64,000 nucleotides of DNA from contig CBDCNP010000001.1 of NCBI GenBank assembly GCA_965219415.1, forward strand, positions 192,001 to 256,000, given 5' to 3'. The notes under the pieces were generated by a model, which was not told where the DNA came from, did not search any database, and saw only the letters and a program-made list of their open reading frames with translations. The position numbers and the translations under genes were made by a program. This document shows positions 43,840 through 54,015 of the stretch, piece by piece (position 1 is the first letter of the stretch; each line of letters opens with the position of its first letter). The DNA comes from Candidatus Marinacidobacterales bacterium. Its GTDB lineage: Bacteria; Acidobacteriota; Vicinamibacteria; Marinacidobacterales; DATDRI01.

Positions 43840-43887
43840 GAGACTGAGGTTCTTGCAATAAGCCATTCATTCTAAAAGGAGTTTGCC

Positions 43888-44160
43888 ATGTCCTTGCCTG
43901 CCGAAGCCGCTCTCGAAATGAAGAAAGGTCTTCCCGCGAACGAAGTCGATCGACGTCTCGTCGCCGCCGCCCGTGTGCACCGCCGCGTGGAATCGGTCCT
44001 CTGCTTCTATCTCCAGGAGGTCGGGAACCGCGTTCTTTACCGGAAGTACGGGTTCGCGTCAACGGTGGACTACGCGCGCGAGCGGTTAGGATTCGAGGAC
44101 CGCAAGACCCGCTCCCTGGTGAAGATGGCGGAACGTTTCGAAGAGCTGCCAAAGTTGAAA
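43888..44160 (+). pseudogene. N-terminal fragment of a DUF222-like/HNH gene (copy C)
   Basis: EVGNRVLYRKYGFASTVDYARERLGFEDRKTRSL aligns by eye with copy B (GFASIFDYACERFGFSARKTRYL); similarity stops at LPKLK. Confidence 0.72.
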
Positions 44161-45492
44161 CATGTCGAAGTTGTATGCGCGCACCAGAGGATCGACTTCG
44201 ATCAGGAGCCGGCCGGTCTCGGCGTCGAGCACGGCGTGCTTGTAGTAACGGGCCGAGTGCTCGAGAACCTCTTTCACGTCCCGTCCCGTCACTTTCAGAA
44301 CCACCAGCGTGTTGTCGTACGGATAAAAGGACAAGAGCTGCTGCACGGTTACCGGCCCCGCCGGGATTCCTTCGAAACGATAGGGTAATAGTGCGGCTAG
44401 AGATAATTGTGCTCCGCTTTCCTCGAGCATGACTTGCTGGAGGAGATCCATCAGCGCGGTATCTCGAAAACGTGCGCGCTCCGCGCTGAACGGGTCGACC
44501 GCCTCGCCGATGACGCCACTGATATAAGCCATCGTCCTTTCGTGATAGGGCCGACCGAGCTCTAGCACTTTCTCGTCGGACTCGAACTCCGATGCCGAGA
44601 GGAGCTCCCCCTCCCAGCGGCTTACCCGCAGCTTTCCAGAAGAGTCTTTCTCGAAGTGCAGATCGACACGGCACAGTGAATCTCCCCAGCGGCCCGGCTC
44701 ACAGAGGATCACTCCGTTCAGCTCTTGCGGTGGGACCTTCCGGTGGGCATGGCCCATGAGGATCACGTCGATACCCGGGACTTCCTTCGTCAACCGATAG
44801 ACTTGGTTCTCATACTCCGACTTGTTGGACTCGCCGTTTACGAGGTCGCGTTCGAGCGCTTGATGGGTCACGACCACGACGACATCGACGTTCTCCTTTT
44901 CTCGCAAGATCGGGACATAGCGCTTGCTTGTTTCCACAGTGTCCAAGAATTTTATGCCGGCATAGTGCTCAGGCGTCTCCCAAGTTGGGACGGCGCGCGT
45001 CGTCAGCCCCAGGATTCCTACTTTGACGCCGTTCAACTCCTTAACGAGATAGGGCTCGAAGAACGGCTCTCCCTCTTCGGTCACAACATTGGCCGAGACC
45101 CAAGGGAAAGAGGCGTCGTGCCTTGCGCGCTCGATAGCCTCGAGACCAAAATTGAACTCATGGTTGCCAACCGTCATCGCGTCGAAACCGACCCGGTTCA
45201 TGGCCAGCATGGTCGGCTCGGATGGACCCGGGTGCTTCCGTTGATGAACGTAGGCAAGGGTCGATCCTTGGATGGTGTCGCCGGCATCGAGCAAGATTAC
45301 CGGTCGTCCTTCCGCGCGAACGGAGGCGACCATCGTCGCAACTCTGGCCACTCCGATGCCCGCAGGTCGATTTCGGAAGTAATCGAAGGGGTAGATGTAC
45401 CCATGCAGGTCGGACGTCTGAAGCAAGGTGATTTGCTGGGCGTATAGGGGAGCGGTGAGGAAAACTAGGGCCACGGTAGCCGTTCGCATCAT
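44161..45492 (-). pseudogene. Bifunctional metallophosphatase/5'-nucleotidase (CpdB-like), C-terminally truncated
   Basis: TSDLHG, DAGDTIQG, GNHEFNFG, GHAH and YPYDN motifs; after YNFDM it runs into the antisense of the HNH fragment. Confidence 0.8.
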
Positions 45493-45549
45493 CGTCCTTA
45501 AGTAATACCCCTCTTCCGGCCACCATGCTAGCATCTGCTCGATTCAATC

Positions 45550-46515
45550 ATGAAGTACCGACGCCTTGGAAGGACCAACCTCCGGGTCTCCGAAATCGGT
45601 TTCGGGGCCTGGGCCATCGGCGGTCCGGTCGACGTGGCGGGGAAACCCTTCGGCTGGGGTCCGGCGGACGAAACGCAATCGACCACTGCCATCCGGCGGG
45701 CGCTCGATCTGGGAGTCAATTTTTTCGACACCGCCGACGTCTACGGTCTCGGCCGCAGCGAAGAAATCCTGGGACGCGTCCTCAAAAGCCGAGACGTCAT
45801 CATCGCCACCAAAGCCGGCAACATCCGAAACGAGTCGGGGCAAGCGGGCAAAGATTTCAGCCAGGACTATCTGCTCGCGGCGGTGGAGGGAAGCTTGAAG
45901 CGGCTGCGGCGGGAGACCCTCGACCTCTTCCAGCTCCACAACCCTTCCGCGGAGGAGCTGCGGCGGGGAGATTGTCTCGAAACCTTGGAACAGATTCGGC
46001 AAACCGGCAAAGTTCGCCATACCGGCGTCTCCATCAATAACCCGGAAGAAGGGCTAGCGGTGCTCAACGGTCCCCTTCCGGTGGATAGCCTTCAGCTTGT
46101 CTACAACTTGCTCAAGACCCAGATGGCGGAACGCGTGCTTCCGCTGGCTCTCGAGGAAGATGTGGGGGTCATCGCGCGAGTGCCGTTTCAGTACGGTCTG
46201 CTAACCGGGAAATTCGATCGTGACGTTCGCTTTCGAAAAGACGACCATCGAAGCTGGACCCTTGCCCCAGAGCTCATCCAGAAAGGCGTCGGCTTGCTCG
46301 AAGCGCTTTCCCCCCACCTCGAGCAGCACAACGTAACGGCAGCCCAGCACGCTCTGAAATTCGTCCTCGCCCATCCGGCCGTGTCGCTCACCATTCCCGG
46401 CGCACGCACACCGGACCAGGTCGAGGTGAACGCCTCGGCCTCCGATGGAACTCCCCTGGCACCGTCACTGCTGCGCGCGACCGCAGAAGCGCAGCAGCCC
46501 AAAACACCTAGCTAG
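45550..46515 (+). CDS. Aldo/keto reductase
   Basis: LGRTNLRVSEIGFG, FDTADVYG, SLKRL, QLHNP and IPGA motifs. Confidence 0.92.
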   Translation: MKYRRLGRTNLRVSEIGFGAWAIGGPVDVAGKPFGWGPADETQSTTAIRRALDLGVNFFDTADVYGLGRSEEILGRVLKSRDVIIATKAGNIRNESGQAGKDFSQDYLLAAVEGSLKRLRRETLDLFQLHNPSAEELRRGDCLETLEQIRQTGKVRHTGVSINNPEEGLAVLNGPLPVDSLQLVYNLLKTQMAERVLPLALEEDVGVIARVPFQYGLLTGKFDRDVRFRKDDHRSWTLAPELIQKGVGLLEALSPHLEQHNVTAAQHALKFVLAHPAVSLTIPGARTPDQVEVNASASDGTPLAPSLLRATAEAQQPKTPS

Positions 46516-46598
46516 AGCCCGGTTTGCACCCGCAGTCTGAATTGGGCTAGATTCATCCCAGCTTCCTTGCCCTAGACTTCCTAAGACTCGGTAGCCAT

Positions 46599-46868
46599 AT
46601 GTCCGAAAACGACGCCCCTAAGGAGTTGGCCGCCGGGGAAACCCTCGCTCTAACGTTGCTGGTGATCGTAGTGGGAGGCCTCCTCTTCGCCGCGTTTTCA
46701 TTCGTTACCTTTGGAGTGCCCCTGCTGGTCGTTGCCATCGCGGGCATCATTTGGATGTACGTCGGCATCATGAAGTGGGTCGATCGCGCTCTGACGAAGC
46801 GGACCGCTTCTCGGGCGTCTCCTCCCGAGGGAGCCGGCGGGGCAGGAGGGGGCGGCGACTCTCCGTGA
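46599..46868 (+). CDS. Small two-TM membrane protein
   Basis: Two hydrophobic helices; stop overlaps the next GTG. Confidence 0.55.
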   Translation: MSENDAPKELAAGETLALTLLVIVVGGLLFAAFSFVTFGVPLLVVAIAGIIWMYVGIMKWVDRALTKRTASRASPPEGAGGAGGGGDSP

Positions 46869-47299
46869 GCCTCAAGGAAATTCTTTCGGGACGGCCCAAG
46901 ATCATCGCCCGGTCCCGAACCGGCAAGTGCTTCAAGGGCTACCTCCGGGACGGCCGATTCCTATCCCGAGGCCGGCTGCGCATGACCATTCTCGAAGGCG
47001 AAGAGCTGCCGGTGGATCTCAGTCAGCTGAAGGGTGTGTTCTTCGTGCGTGATTTCAAGGGCAACGAGAACTACCTGGAGACCAAGATCTTGACCACCGA
47101 TCCCGATGAACCAGGCTTGAGGGTAAGGCTACGGTTCGAAGACAACGAGACGATGGAAGGTATCGTCGAGAACGGTCTCGATCTAATCCAGGCGTCCGGC
47201 TTCTTCTTTTGGCCCGCCGATCCCGAGGCCAACAACAGCTTGATCTTCGTGGTTTCGTCGGCCTTGTTGGGTTTCCGAGTCATCGGCGTCAAGGGTTGA
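46865..47299 (+). CDS. Conserved hypothetical protein (DUF6982-like)
   Basis: LKGVFFVRDFKG...VRLRFEDNETMEG...GFFFWPADPEANN; translationally coupled. Confidence 0.65.
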   Translation: MSLKEILSGRPKIIARSRTGKCFKGYLRDGRFLSRGRLRMTILEGEELPVDLSQLKGVFFVRDFKGNENYLETKILTTDPDEPGLRVRLRFEDNETMEGIVENGLDLIQASGFFFWPADPEANNSLIFVVSSALLGFRVIGVKG

Positions 47300-48072
47300 G
47301 AATCCGAATCTACCTCCTTGTCTTCCTTGGGGGGCTTATCGGGCCCTTCTGGCTCTTTGCCATAAGTTGTTCCAAGGCTGCTCACATGGAAGACCTTCGG
47401 GTACCGGAAACCGTTCCACCGGCGGCATGCGTTGTGGTGGGGTTCTTGGGTGGTCACGATGCCCGGGACGACGCCACCAAAGGGGTCCGTCAGTTGGCCC
47501 TCCGACTGCGAGAGCCGGGGCACATTTACACCGAAACGTTCTCCAACCAAAGCCGGAAGCTGGCGGAAGCGTATCTCTTCGCGATACTGGACCGGAACGG
47601 CGACGGGACCATTGGCATCGACGAGCGCCGGACCCTCGTCGTTTACGGGCAAAGTTATGGCGGGGCGGCGGTCGTCAAGTTCGCGTGGCGCCTCGCGCAC
47701 CTCCAGGTGCCCATCCACCTGACCGTCCAGATCGATAGCGTGGGGACGGACGATGCTCGCATCCCTCCCAACGTGACGTTCGCCGCCAATCTGTACCAGA
47801 AAAACGGTTGGATCATCGCCGGTGAGAACCCAATCCGTCCCGTTGACCCCTCTCGAACCGGGATCCTCGGCAATTGGTTGTTCGATTACGATTCTCCTCC
47901 CGGCTCCGAGATCAACATCGACGATTTGTCCTTTTGGAAGAAGCTCATGAGGGTTGCCCACGCCAAAATGGATCGCGACCCGAGGGTCTGGAAGCTCACC
48001 GAAGGCGTGATTCGCGAAGCCTGCAGGATGGGGCGGTTGGAGACTATAGGATTCGGGCTGACCGAGCCATAA
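47296..48072 (+). CDS. Hypothetical alpha/beta-hydrolase-like exported protein
   Basis: YGQSYGG nucleophile-elbow motif; N-terminal hydrophobic segment. Confidence 0.6.
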   Translation: MRIRIYLLVFLGGLIGPFWLFAISCSKAAHMEDLRVPETVPPAACVVVGFLGGHDARDDATKGVRQLALRLREPGHIYTETFSNQSRKLAEAYLFAILDRNGDGTIGIDERRTLVVYGQSYGGAAVVKFAWRLAHLQVPIHLTVQIDSVGTDDARIPPNVTFAANLYQKNGWIIAGENPIRPVDPSRTGILGNWLFDYDSPPGSEINIDDLSFWKKLMRVAHAKMDRDPRVWKLTEGVIREACRMGRLETIGFGLTEP

Positions 48073-48130
48073 CCACGCCCCCCTTTATTAAAAGGACCCT
48101 ACTTAAATGGGGAAGCGGGAGGAAAAGAGC

Positions 48131-48493
48131 ATGAAAAAGCCCAAGGTGTTACGACTTCGACCCGACGGTCCCATGAAGGAAGTGCTCGAGGGCTCGGCGT
48201 CGATGAAACACGCCTTGCTCGACAAGATGAGCATTGCTCTCTTCAAGGTCCCCAAAGGCAAAGGCAGCCAGATTCCCGAGCATTTCCACCGACACGCGGA
48301 AGAGATCGGAATCCAGTTGAAGGGGACGGCGAAGGTCTTCGCGGGCGGCGAGGAGTACGTGGTCAAGGAGGGGGAGGCCATCATCATTCCAGCGGGAGTC
48401 GAGCACACGGGGATTTTCAGTGACGATGAGGAGTGCTGGCTCCTCGCGATCGCGAGCCCGCCGCGCACCGATTATGGCCCGCCCAACTGGTAA
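48131..48493 (+). CDS. Cupin-domain protein
   Basis: HFHRHAEEI and IPAGVEH motifs. Confidence 0.8.
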   Translation: MKKPKVLRLRPDGPMKEVLEGSASMKHALLDKMSIALFKVPKGKGSQIPEHFHRHAEEIGIQLKGTAKVFAGGEEYVVKEGEAIIIPAGVEHTGIFSDDEECWLLAIASPPRTDYGPPNW

Positions 48494-48500
48494 GTCGGAC

Positions 48501-49949
48501 TCAGTTCAGCAGGGATCGAAACTCTTCTCGCTTGGAATCGAGACCCTTGCCGTTGGTCGAGAGAGCGACGACAACGAAAACGATCAAAGAGACCCCGAAC
48601 GCCCATGACGCCGCGCCGAGCGGCGTCGGAAAGAGCTCGCCCCATGGAGAGAACTCCTTGAGCAGGAGAACGAGGAGTCCGAGGAATAGAGACCAAAAGG
48701 CCGCCACTGCGCTCGACCGCTTCCAGTAGAACATCCCCAAAACGCTGGGGACGAAGATGACATTGACACCGATACCCAACATTATTAGTGACAAGACCGA
48801 CCGCCACTCCAACAGGAGGCTCCAGGAGTAGATACCCAGAAGGAGCGCCAGCGTTGCCAGTCGCGCGAAACGGAAGTCCGAGCTCGCTTTTGTTTTTCGG
48901 GGAAAGAGCGGTCTTAGGTCCTCGGAAATAATGGAGCCGGCGGTCAACATCTGGCTGTCCACGGTCGACATACCGCCCGCAAAGGCGGCTACTAGAACGA
49001 ACGCGCCGAAGACCGGGGCGTGTCGGTTGAAGATGGCACCGAGCACGCTATCTCCGTCGGCCAATCCCGCGGGGAACATCGTGATGCCCGCCGTGCCAAT
49101 GACCCAGGCCACGAAGAAGAGGGCAAGGTAGATGATAGGAAGCACTACCACGATTCTCGCTACCGATAGCGCCGAACGCGCCATGTACATGCGCTGCCAG
49201 ACGTAGGGGAGAAAGGGAAGGCCGAGGGCGATGATGAGGTACTCGTAGTAACCGATGCCGATGCTCTGGAAACTCGCCTTCTCCGGAGCGCGCACCACGA
49301 GATTCTCCATGAGCACACCCCAACCCCCGGCCCAGTGAACCACGAGGAATCCGGACACCAAGAGGAACGTCCCGAGAATCGTGCCCTGCACCACGTCGGT
49401 CCATATGACGGCACGGGCGCCACCGAAGTAAACGTAGAGTCCAATCGCGAAACAGGCCAAGGACACGCCAACCGAGTACGGTATGGCTCCACCGGTTAGG
49501 GCCTCGAACGTCTTTCCCACCGCCACCATCTGGGCGGCGGCGTGGGGGATCATGCTGAGCAAGCCCGCCACCGCGGTGACGATCATCACCCTCTTGCTCC
49601 CATAGAAATCTTCGAGCAGTTGAGCCGGCGTGACGAACCGCTTGACCCTCCCCACCTTCCAGAATTTGTCGACGACCAGCATCATCATTACTGGAACCAG
49701 GATGAAGAAAAATACCCAGAAATAACCGCTGCCCTTGGTGAAGAACTCCGACGGCGAGGAAACGATAGTCCCCGTCGAGAACAGGCTCGCCATCGTGGTG
49801 ACCACGAGCGCCAGCATCGGCACCTCGCGCTTCGATAGAAAGTAATCCTCGGTATCGGTCCCCGAGCGTCGGTAGGCGAAGAGCCCCACGAGCTTCAAGA
49901 AGACCAGATAAACGACGAGAACCAGGAGGGTGAAGGAGGTGATGCTCAT
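48501..49949 (-). CDS. Sodium:solute symporter family protein
   Basis: EDYFL and GGMSTVDSQ motifs; ~13 TM helices. Confidence 0.88.
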   Translation of the reverse strand: MSITSFTLLVLVVYLVFLKLVGLFAYRRSGTDTEDYFLSKREVPMLALVVTTMASLFSTGTIVSSPSEFFTKGSGYFWVFFFILVPVMMMLVVDKFWKVGRVKRFVTPAQLLEDFYGSKRVMIVTAVAGLLSMIPHAAAQMVAVGKTFEALTGGAIPYSVGVSLACFAIGLYVYFGGARAVIWTDVVQGTILGTFLLVSGFLVVHWAGGWGVLMENLVVRAPEKASFQSIGIGYYEYLIIALGLPFLPYVWQRMYMARSALSVARIVVVLPIIYLALFFVAWVIGTAGITMFPAGLADGDSVLGAIFNRHAPVFGAFVLVAAFAGGMSTVDSQMLTAGSIISEDLRPLFPRKTKASSDFRFARLATLALLLGIYSWSLLLEWRSVLSLIMLGIGVNVIFVPSVLGMFYWKRSSAVAAFWSLFLGLLVLLLKEFSPWGELFPTPLGAASWAFGVSLIVFVVVALSTNGKGLDSKREEFRSLLN

Positions 49950-50170
49950 GGGGAACGATCCAAACTCAGAGCGCGTTGCTTGTACCAAAAAGCGTAGACG
50001 AGGAGGATCCCGACGACCATCGCGACGGAAGCGAACAGGATCCCGAGCAGGGGGCCAGGGATCCCCCAGAGCGCCCACCCGTCAAGCCCGCCAAGATCAA
50101 CGACGTCGAGGGGTATTAGGAGCTGGAGCAGGAAACCAACCCCTACGAGAGTCCATCCCAGTCTGGTCAT
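49946..50170 (-). CDS. Small membrane partner of the SSS transporter
   Basis: 74-aa two-TM ORF overlapping the symporter start. Confidence 0.6.
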   Translation of the reverse strand: MTRLGWTLVGVGFLLQLLIPLDVVDLGGLDGWALWGIPGPLLGILFASVAMVVGILLVYAFWYKQRALSLDRSP

Positions 50171-50206
50171 TCCGGAGAGTCTAGTGTGAAATGAGAAGCT
50201 TGGGCA

Positions 50207-52114
50207 TCAAAGGATCACGCGCTCGCTGCCCACTCTCCGCGTCACGTGCTCTCGGTCCAACCACTCCAAGAGTGGAATGGCGTGCTTTCGAGTGACGCCC
50301 GCCAGATCCTTGAAGAAGGCGACGTCGATCTTGGGCCTTTTTTCCTTCTGCTGCTGCACGGATTGCTTCAACTCTTCGAGGGCGTCGCGATGAAAAACCA
50401 TGCCTTCGGCTACCTTGACCAGAGTCCCTTCTTGGGTGAGGAGGCGTGCGATCCGCTGGAGAAGTTTCAGATCGCGGCGGTTCTTGGAAGCGATTTCCGC
50501 CAACGCGGGCGGTTGATAGCGGGCCTTGAGGAACGTATCTCCGAGGAACGACCAAGCCTCCGCTTCCTCCGAAGACAGCTCGATACGATGGTCACTCGTT
50601 GCCACCCAATCCTTGACGGCTCGAAGCTTTCCGTTCTCGACCATACGACCGAGCGACCATTCGAAAACCTCCAAGCGTGCACGCGCCGTCGCCTTTTCTC
50701 GGAGCTCGCCCCGGGGCATTCCCTCACGCAACGGGTTGGCCTTCTGAAACGACTTCAGCTCCATTAGTATTTGCGCCGAGATTTGCTCGGCCGTCTCCGG
50801 TGCTAGAAACAACAGCGGTTTTTCCGAGACCCGAAAGACTCGTTCGTTCGAAAGCAGAACTTCGACGAGCTTCGCCAGGGAGGCGTCGTCGATACCGAGT
50901 CGTCGCGCCAAAGCGGCACCATCGAGACCGCGCGGACCCGATGTGGCTATGAACAGCGCGCACGCTTCGACTCGATCGCCCGACCGGAGCGCAGCGAGCC
51001 GCTCCACCACATCACGGCTAGTCACCGAGTGCTTCGGGGGGGATGGATCGAGGACTCGACCTCCTCCCAACGTCTCTAGAGGTGAGTAGCGTCGAATGAT
51101 GAATCGATCCAAAGCGGCGGCGACCACCGGCGTCTCGAGACGAAATTGAACGAGTGCGTGCGTCCCTGGAGCAACCGTGCCTTGGTTCCCTAAGACCCTG
51201 ACCCGGGCCACGGCGACGGCGGTCCCGATGTGGAGATGCACCCTCGCCAGATCTTTGACAGGGGTCGGAGACGATGCCAGGACCTCGAGCTCCGCATCCA
51301 GCATCAGACTGGGGAGCAGAGTACCGGGGCGCGCCAGAGTGTCTCCCCGCACCACTTCGCTCATCTCGATGCCCTGCAGATTGACGGCAGTTCGTTGACC
51401 GGCGAGCGCGCGATCTTCGGCGGCACCGTGTACTTGCAACCCGCGCACGCGGGCCTTCGTACCACGGGGCAGAATTTCCACCTCCTCATCCACCGCGAGG
51501 CTGCCCGAGGTCAACGTGCCGGTAACGACTGCCCCGAAGCCCTTCATCGTGAAGACTCGATCCACCGGTAGACGAAAGAGACCGTCGGCCGGACGGCTGT
51601 CGACTCCGGCGGCGATATCGAACAAGACACGTTTCAGCTCATCGATGCCCGCACCGGTTTTCGAAGAGACGTAAATCGTTTGGGCTTCTTCGAGGAAGCT
51701 ACCTTTGGCCAGCTCACTCATTTCCATGGCCGCGATCTCCCGGAGCTCCGGTTCAACCAAGTCCACCTTGGTAATCACCACCACGCCCTTTTTCACCCGA
51801 AGGAGACGGCAAATCTCGAAGTGCTCGCGAGTCTGAGGCATCACCGATTCGTCGGCCGCCACGACGAGCATCACCATGTCGATGCCGCCGGCACCCGCCA
51901 GCATGTTTTTTACGAAACGCTCATGCCCCGGAACATCGACGAACCCGAGGGTAATTCGTTCGGGGTCTGTTAAGAACGCGAACCCCAAGTCGACAGTGAT
52001 TCCCCTCTCTTTTTCCTCCTTCAACCGGTCGGGGTCGGTGCCGGTGAGGGCGCGCACCAACGCACTCTTGCCGTGATCGATATGTCCTGCGGTACCCACG
52101 ATGACATGTTTCAT
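50207..52114 (-). CDS. selB: Selenocysteine-specific elongation factor SelB
   Basis: [44 protein letters not shown]; C-terminal winged helix [15 protein letters not shown]...R. Confidence 0.96.
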   Translation of the reverse strand: MKHVIVGTAGHIDHGKSALVRALTGTDPDRLKEEKERGITVDLGFAFLTDPERITLGFVDVPGHERFVKNMLAGAGGIDMVMLVVAADESVMPQTREHFEICRLLRVKKGVVVITKVDLVEPELREIAAMEMSELAKGSFLEEAQTIYVSSKTGAGIDELKRVLFDIAAGVDSRPADGLFRLPVDRVFTMKGFGAVVTGTLTSGSLAVDEEVEILPRGTKARVRGLQVHGAAEDRALAGQRTAVNLQGIEMSEVVRGDTLARPGTLLPSLMLDAELEVLASSPTPVKDLARVHLHIGTAVAVARVRVLGNQGTVAPGTHALVQFRLETPVVAAALDRFIIRRYSPLETLGGGRVLDPSPPKHSVTSRDVVERLAALRSGDRVEACALFIATSGPRGLDGAALARRLGIDDASLAKLVEVLLSNERVFRVSEKPLLFLAPETAEQISAQILMELKSFQKANPLREGMPRGELREKATARARLEVFEWSLGRMVENGKLRAVKDWVATSDHRIELSSEEAEAWSFLGDTFLKARYQPPALAEIASKNRRDLKLLQRIARLLTQEGTLVKVAEGMVFHRDALEELKQSVQQQKEKRPKIDVAFFKDLAGVTRKHAIPLLEWLDREHVTRRVGSERVIL

Positions 52115-52191
52115 GGCGTCTCCACGACATGATAGCCGACCGGCAAGGGCGGTTAAACCCTGTGCTATCATGGGATCACAAAGAGGTGTTC

Positions 52192-52995
52192 ATGACCCAA
52201 TCGAATCTCCTGTTCTTGCTTCTGTTCGCTTTCTCCACGTCGGCGGTTGCAACGACCGGTGCGGAAACCGTTCAAAACACCAGCAGCGACAAAGAGGACT
52301 CGGACGAGAACGAGATCCTTAGGGAGCTCGGCGAGATTCGCAAGGAGATCGAAACCTTGCGCAGAGAAGTAGGAGATTTGCGGAGCAAGGTAGGCGACAT
52401 CCACCGTGTTGCGGTGCGCCCCGCCCCCACCGCCCCGCCTCCACCGGACAAGGTTACTTTGGACGAGAGCCGTGCCCTCGGGAGTGCGGATGCACAGATC
52501 GCGATCGTGGAGTTCTCCGATTACCAGTGTCCGTACTGTCAGCGCTTCTTCTTACAAACGTTCCCCTCACTCAAGAAAAACTACGTCGAGACCGGCAAGG
52601 CTCGCTTTTACTTTCGAGACTTCCCTCTCGAACAGATCCACCCTCAGGCCAGATCGTCTGCCATCGCCGCCAATTGCGCGTCGCGACAAGGCGCTTATTG
52701 GGACATGCACCACGGATTGTTCGAGAATCAAAAGAGACTTGGCCCCGAGCTCTACCAGGAGTTGGCAAAGGAGATGGGGCTAGACGTAGCTGCTTTCGAA
52801 GCCTGTCTCGAAGAGCCAGACGAGGACAAGAGAGTCGATCAGGAGCTCGCCTACGGCCGAAGCCTTGCCATTCAGGGAACGCCACACTATTTCGTGGGTC
52901 GCATCGAGGACGGTCAGCTGGTCGACGTGACGCGCGTGAACGGCGCACAACCCTTCGCGGCTTTCTCGAAGGTAATCGAGCCATATCTTCAATGA
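52192..52995 (+). CDS. DsbA-family oxidoreductase
   Basis: EFSDYQCPYC, RDFPL, GTP and GAQP motifs. Confidence 0.9.
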   Translation: MTQSNLLFLLLFAFSTSAVATTGAETVQNTSSDKEDSDENEILRELGEIRKEIETLRREVGDLRSKVGDIHRVAVRPAPTAPPPPDKVTLDESRALGSADAQIAIVEFSDYQCPYCQRFFLQTFPSLKKNYVETGKARFYFRDFPLEQIHPQARSSAIAANCASRQGAYWDMHHGLFENQKRLGPELYQELAKEMGLDVAAFEACLEEPDEDKRVDQELAYGRSLAIQGTPHYFVGRIEDGQLVDVTRVNGAQPFAAFSKVIEPYLQ

Positions 52996-53005
52996 CAACT
53001 CGGCC

Positions 53006-53986
53006 GTGACTCGCCGTACCCAATCCCTCGCGCTAAGCCGGAGAACGTTCCTTGCACTCACCGCAGGCTTCGTTCTTACCGGCGCGGAGCGTCGAGGAGA
53101 GGGTGTCGAAGTAGAAGTCCTCGGCACGGCGCAGGATGCTGGACTCCCTCATCTGGGCTGTCGAGAGGATCGCTGCCTGCGAGCCGTAGCCGATCCTTCC
53201 TTGCGTAGGCGCGTCGCGTCGATCGGGATCCGTACTGGCGGGATCCGTGCCGGCGATTTTTTGTTCTTGGTAGACGCCACCCCGGACATCGTCTCGCAGA
53301 TAACGGATTTGCAACGAGGGCCCGACCGTGGACGGAGGCCGGTGGATGGCATTCTCCTCACGCACGCCCACATCGGGCATTACCTAGGTCTCGCCTTTCT
53401 CGGCAAAGAGTCGATCGCCGCCGATCGAACTCCTGTCTATTGCACCGAGTCCATGGCCGACTACCTGTCGAAAAATGCTCCGTGGAGCCTTCTGGTGTCT
53501 TCTGAGCAGATCGTGCTCCGGTCGCTCGGCGGCCCGACGACTGGCCCGATGACTGGCAAGGTCCGGCTCGCCGACAATCTCGAGGTCGAGGTGCTCGATG
53601 TTCCTCACCGGGAAGAATTCACCGACACCCTCGGTTTCATCTTCACCGGCCGCGAAAAGAGTCTTCTCTACATTCCGGACATCGATCGGTGGGAAGAGCT
53701 CGAGCCATCGATCGAGGAGCTGGCGGAGCGGGTGGATATTCTGCTTCTGGACGGTTCTTTTTGGGATCCGGGCCGGGAGTTATCGGCGCGAGATCCTTCC
53801 AAGATCCCGCACCCGCCGATGCCGGAGACGATGCGGCGATTGGGCCGCTTCACCAACAAGCGAAGGATCTACTTCACCCACCTCAACCACACCAACCCGG
53901 CCTGGGATACTGGCTCTCCCGAGCGCGCAAAGATCGAAAGGGGAGGGTTCGGCATTGTGGAGGAGGGCGACCGATTCGAACTCTAG
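53006..53986 (+). CDS. PqqB-like metallo-beta-lactamase-fold hydrolase, Tat-like leader
   Basis: SRRTFL; LGTAQDAG; THAHIGHY; THLNHTNP. Confidence 0.82.
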   Translation: MTRRTQSLALSRRTFLALTAGFVLTGAERRGEGVEVEVLGTAQDAGLPHLGCREDRCLRAVADPSLRRRVASIGIRTGGIRAGDFLFLVDATPDIVSQITDLQRGPDRGRRPVDGILLTHAHIGHYLGLAFLGKESIAADRTPVYCTESMADYLSKNAPWSLLVSSEQIVLRSLGGPTTGPMTGKVRLADNLEVEVLDVPHREEFTDTLGFIFTGREKSLLYIPDIDRWEELEPSIEELAERVDILLLDGSFWDPGRELSARDPSKIPHPPMPETMRRLGRFTNKRRIYFTHLNHTNPAWDTGSPERAKIERGGFGIVEEGDRFEL

Positions 53987-54015
53987 CCCGCTCCGACAAC
54001 GATCCTGCGCTGCCG

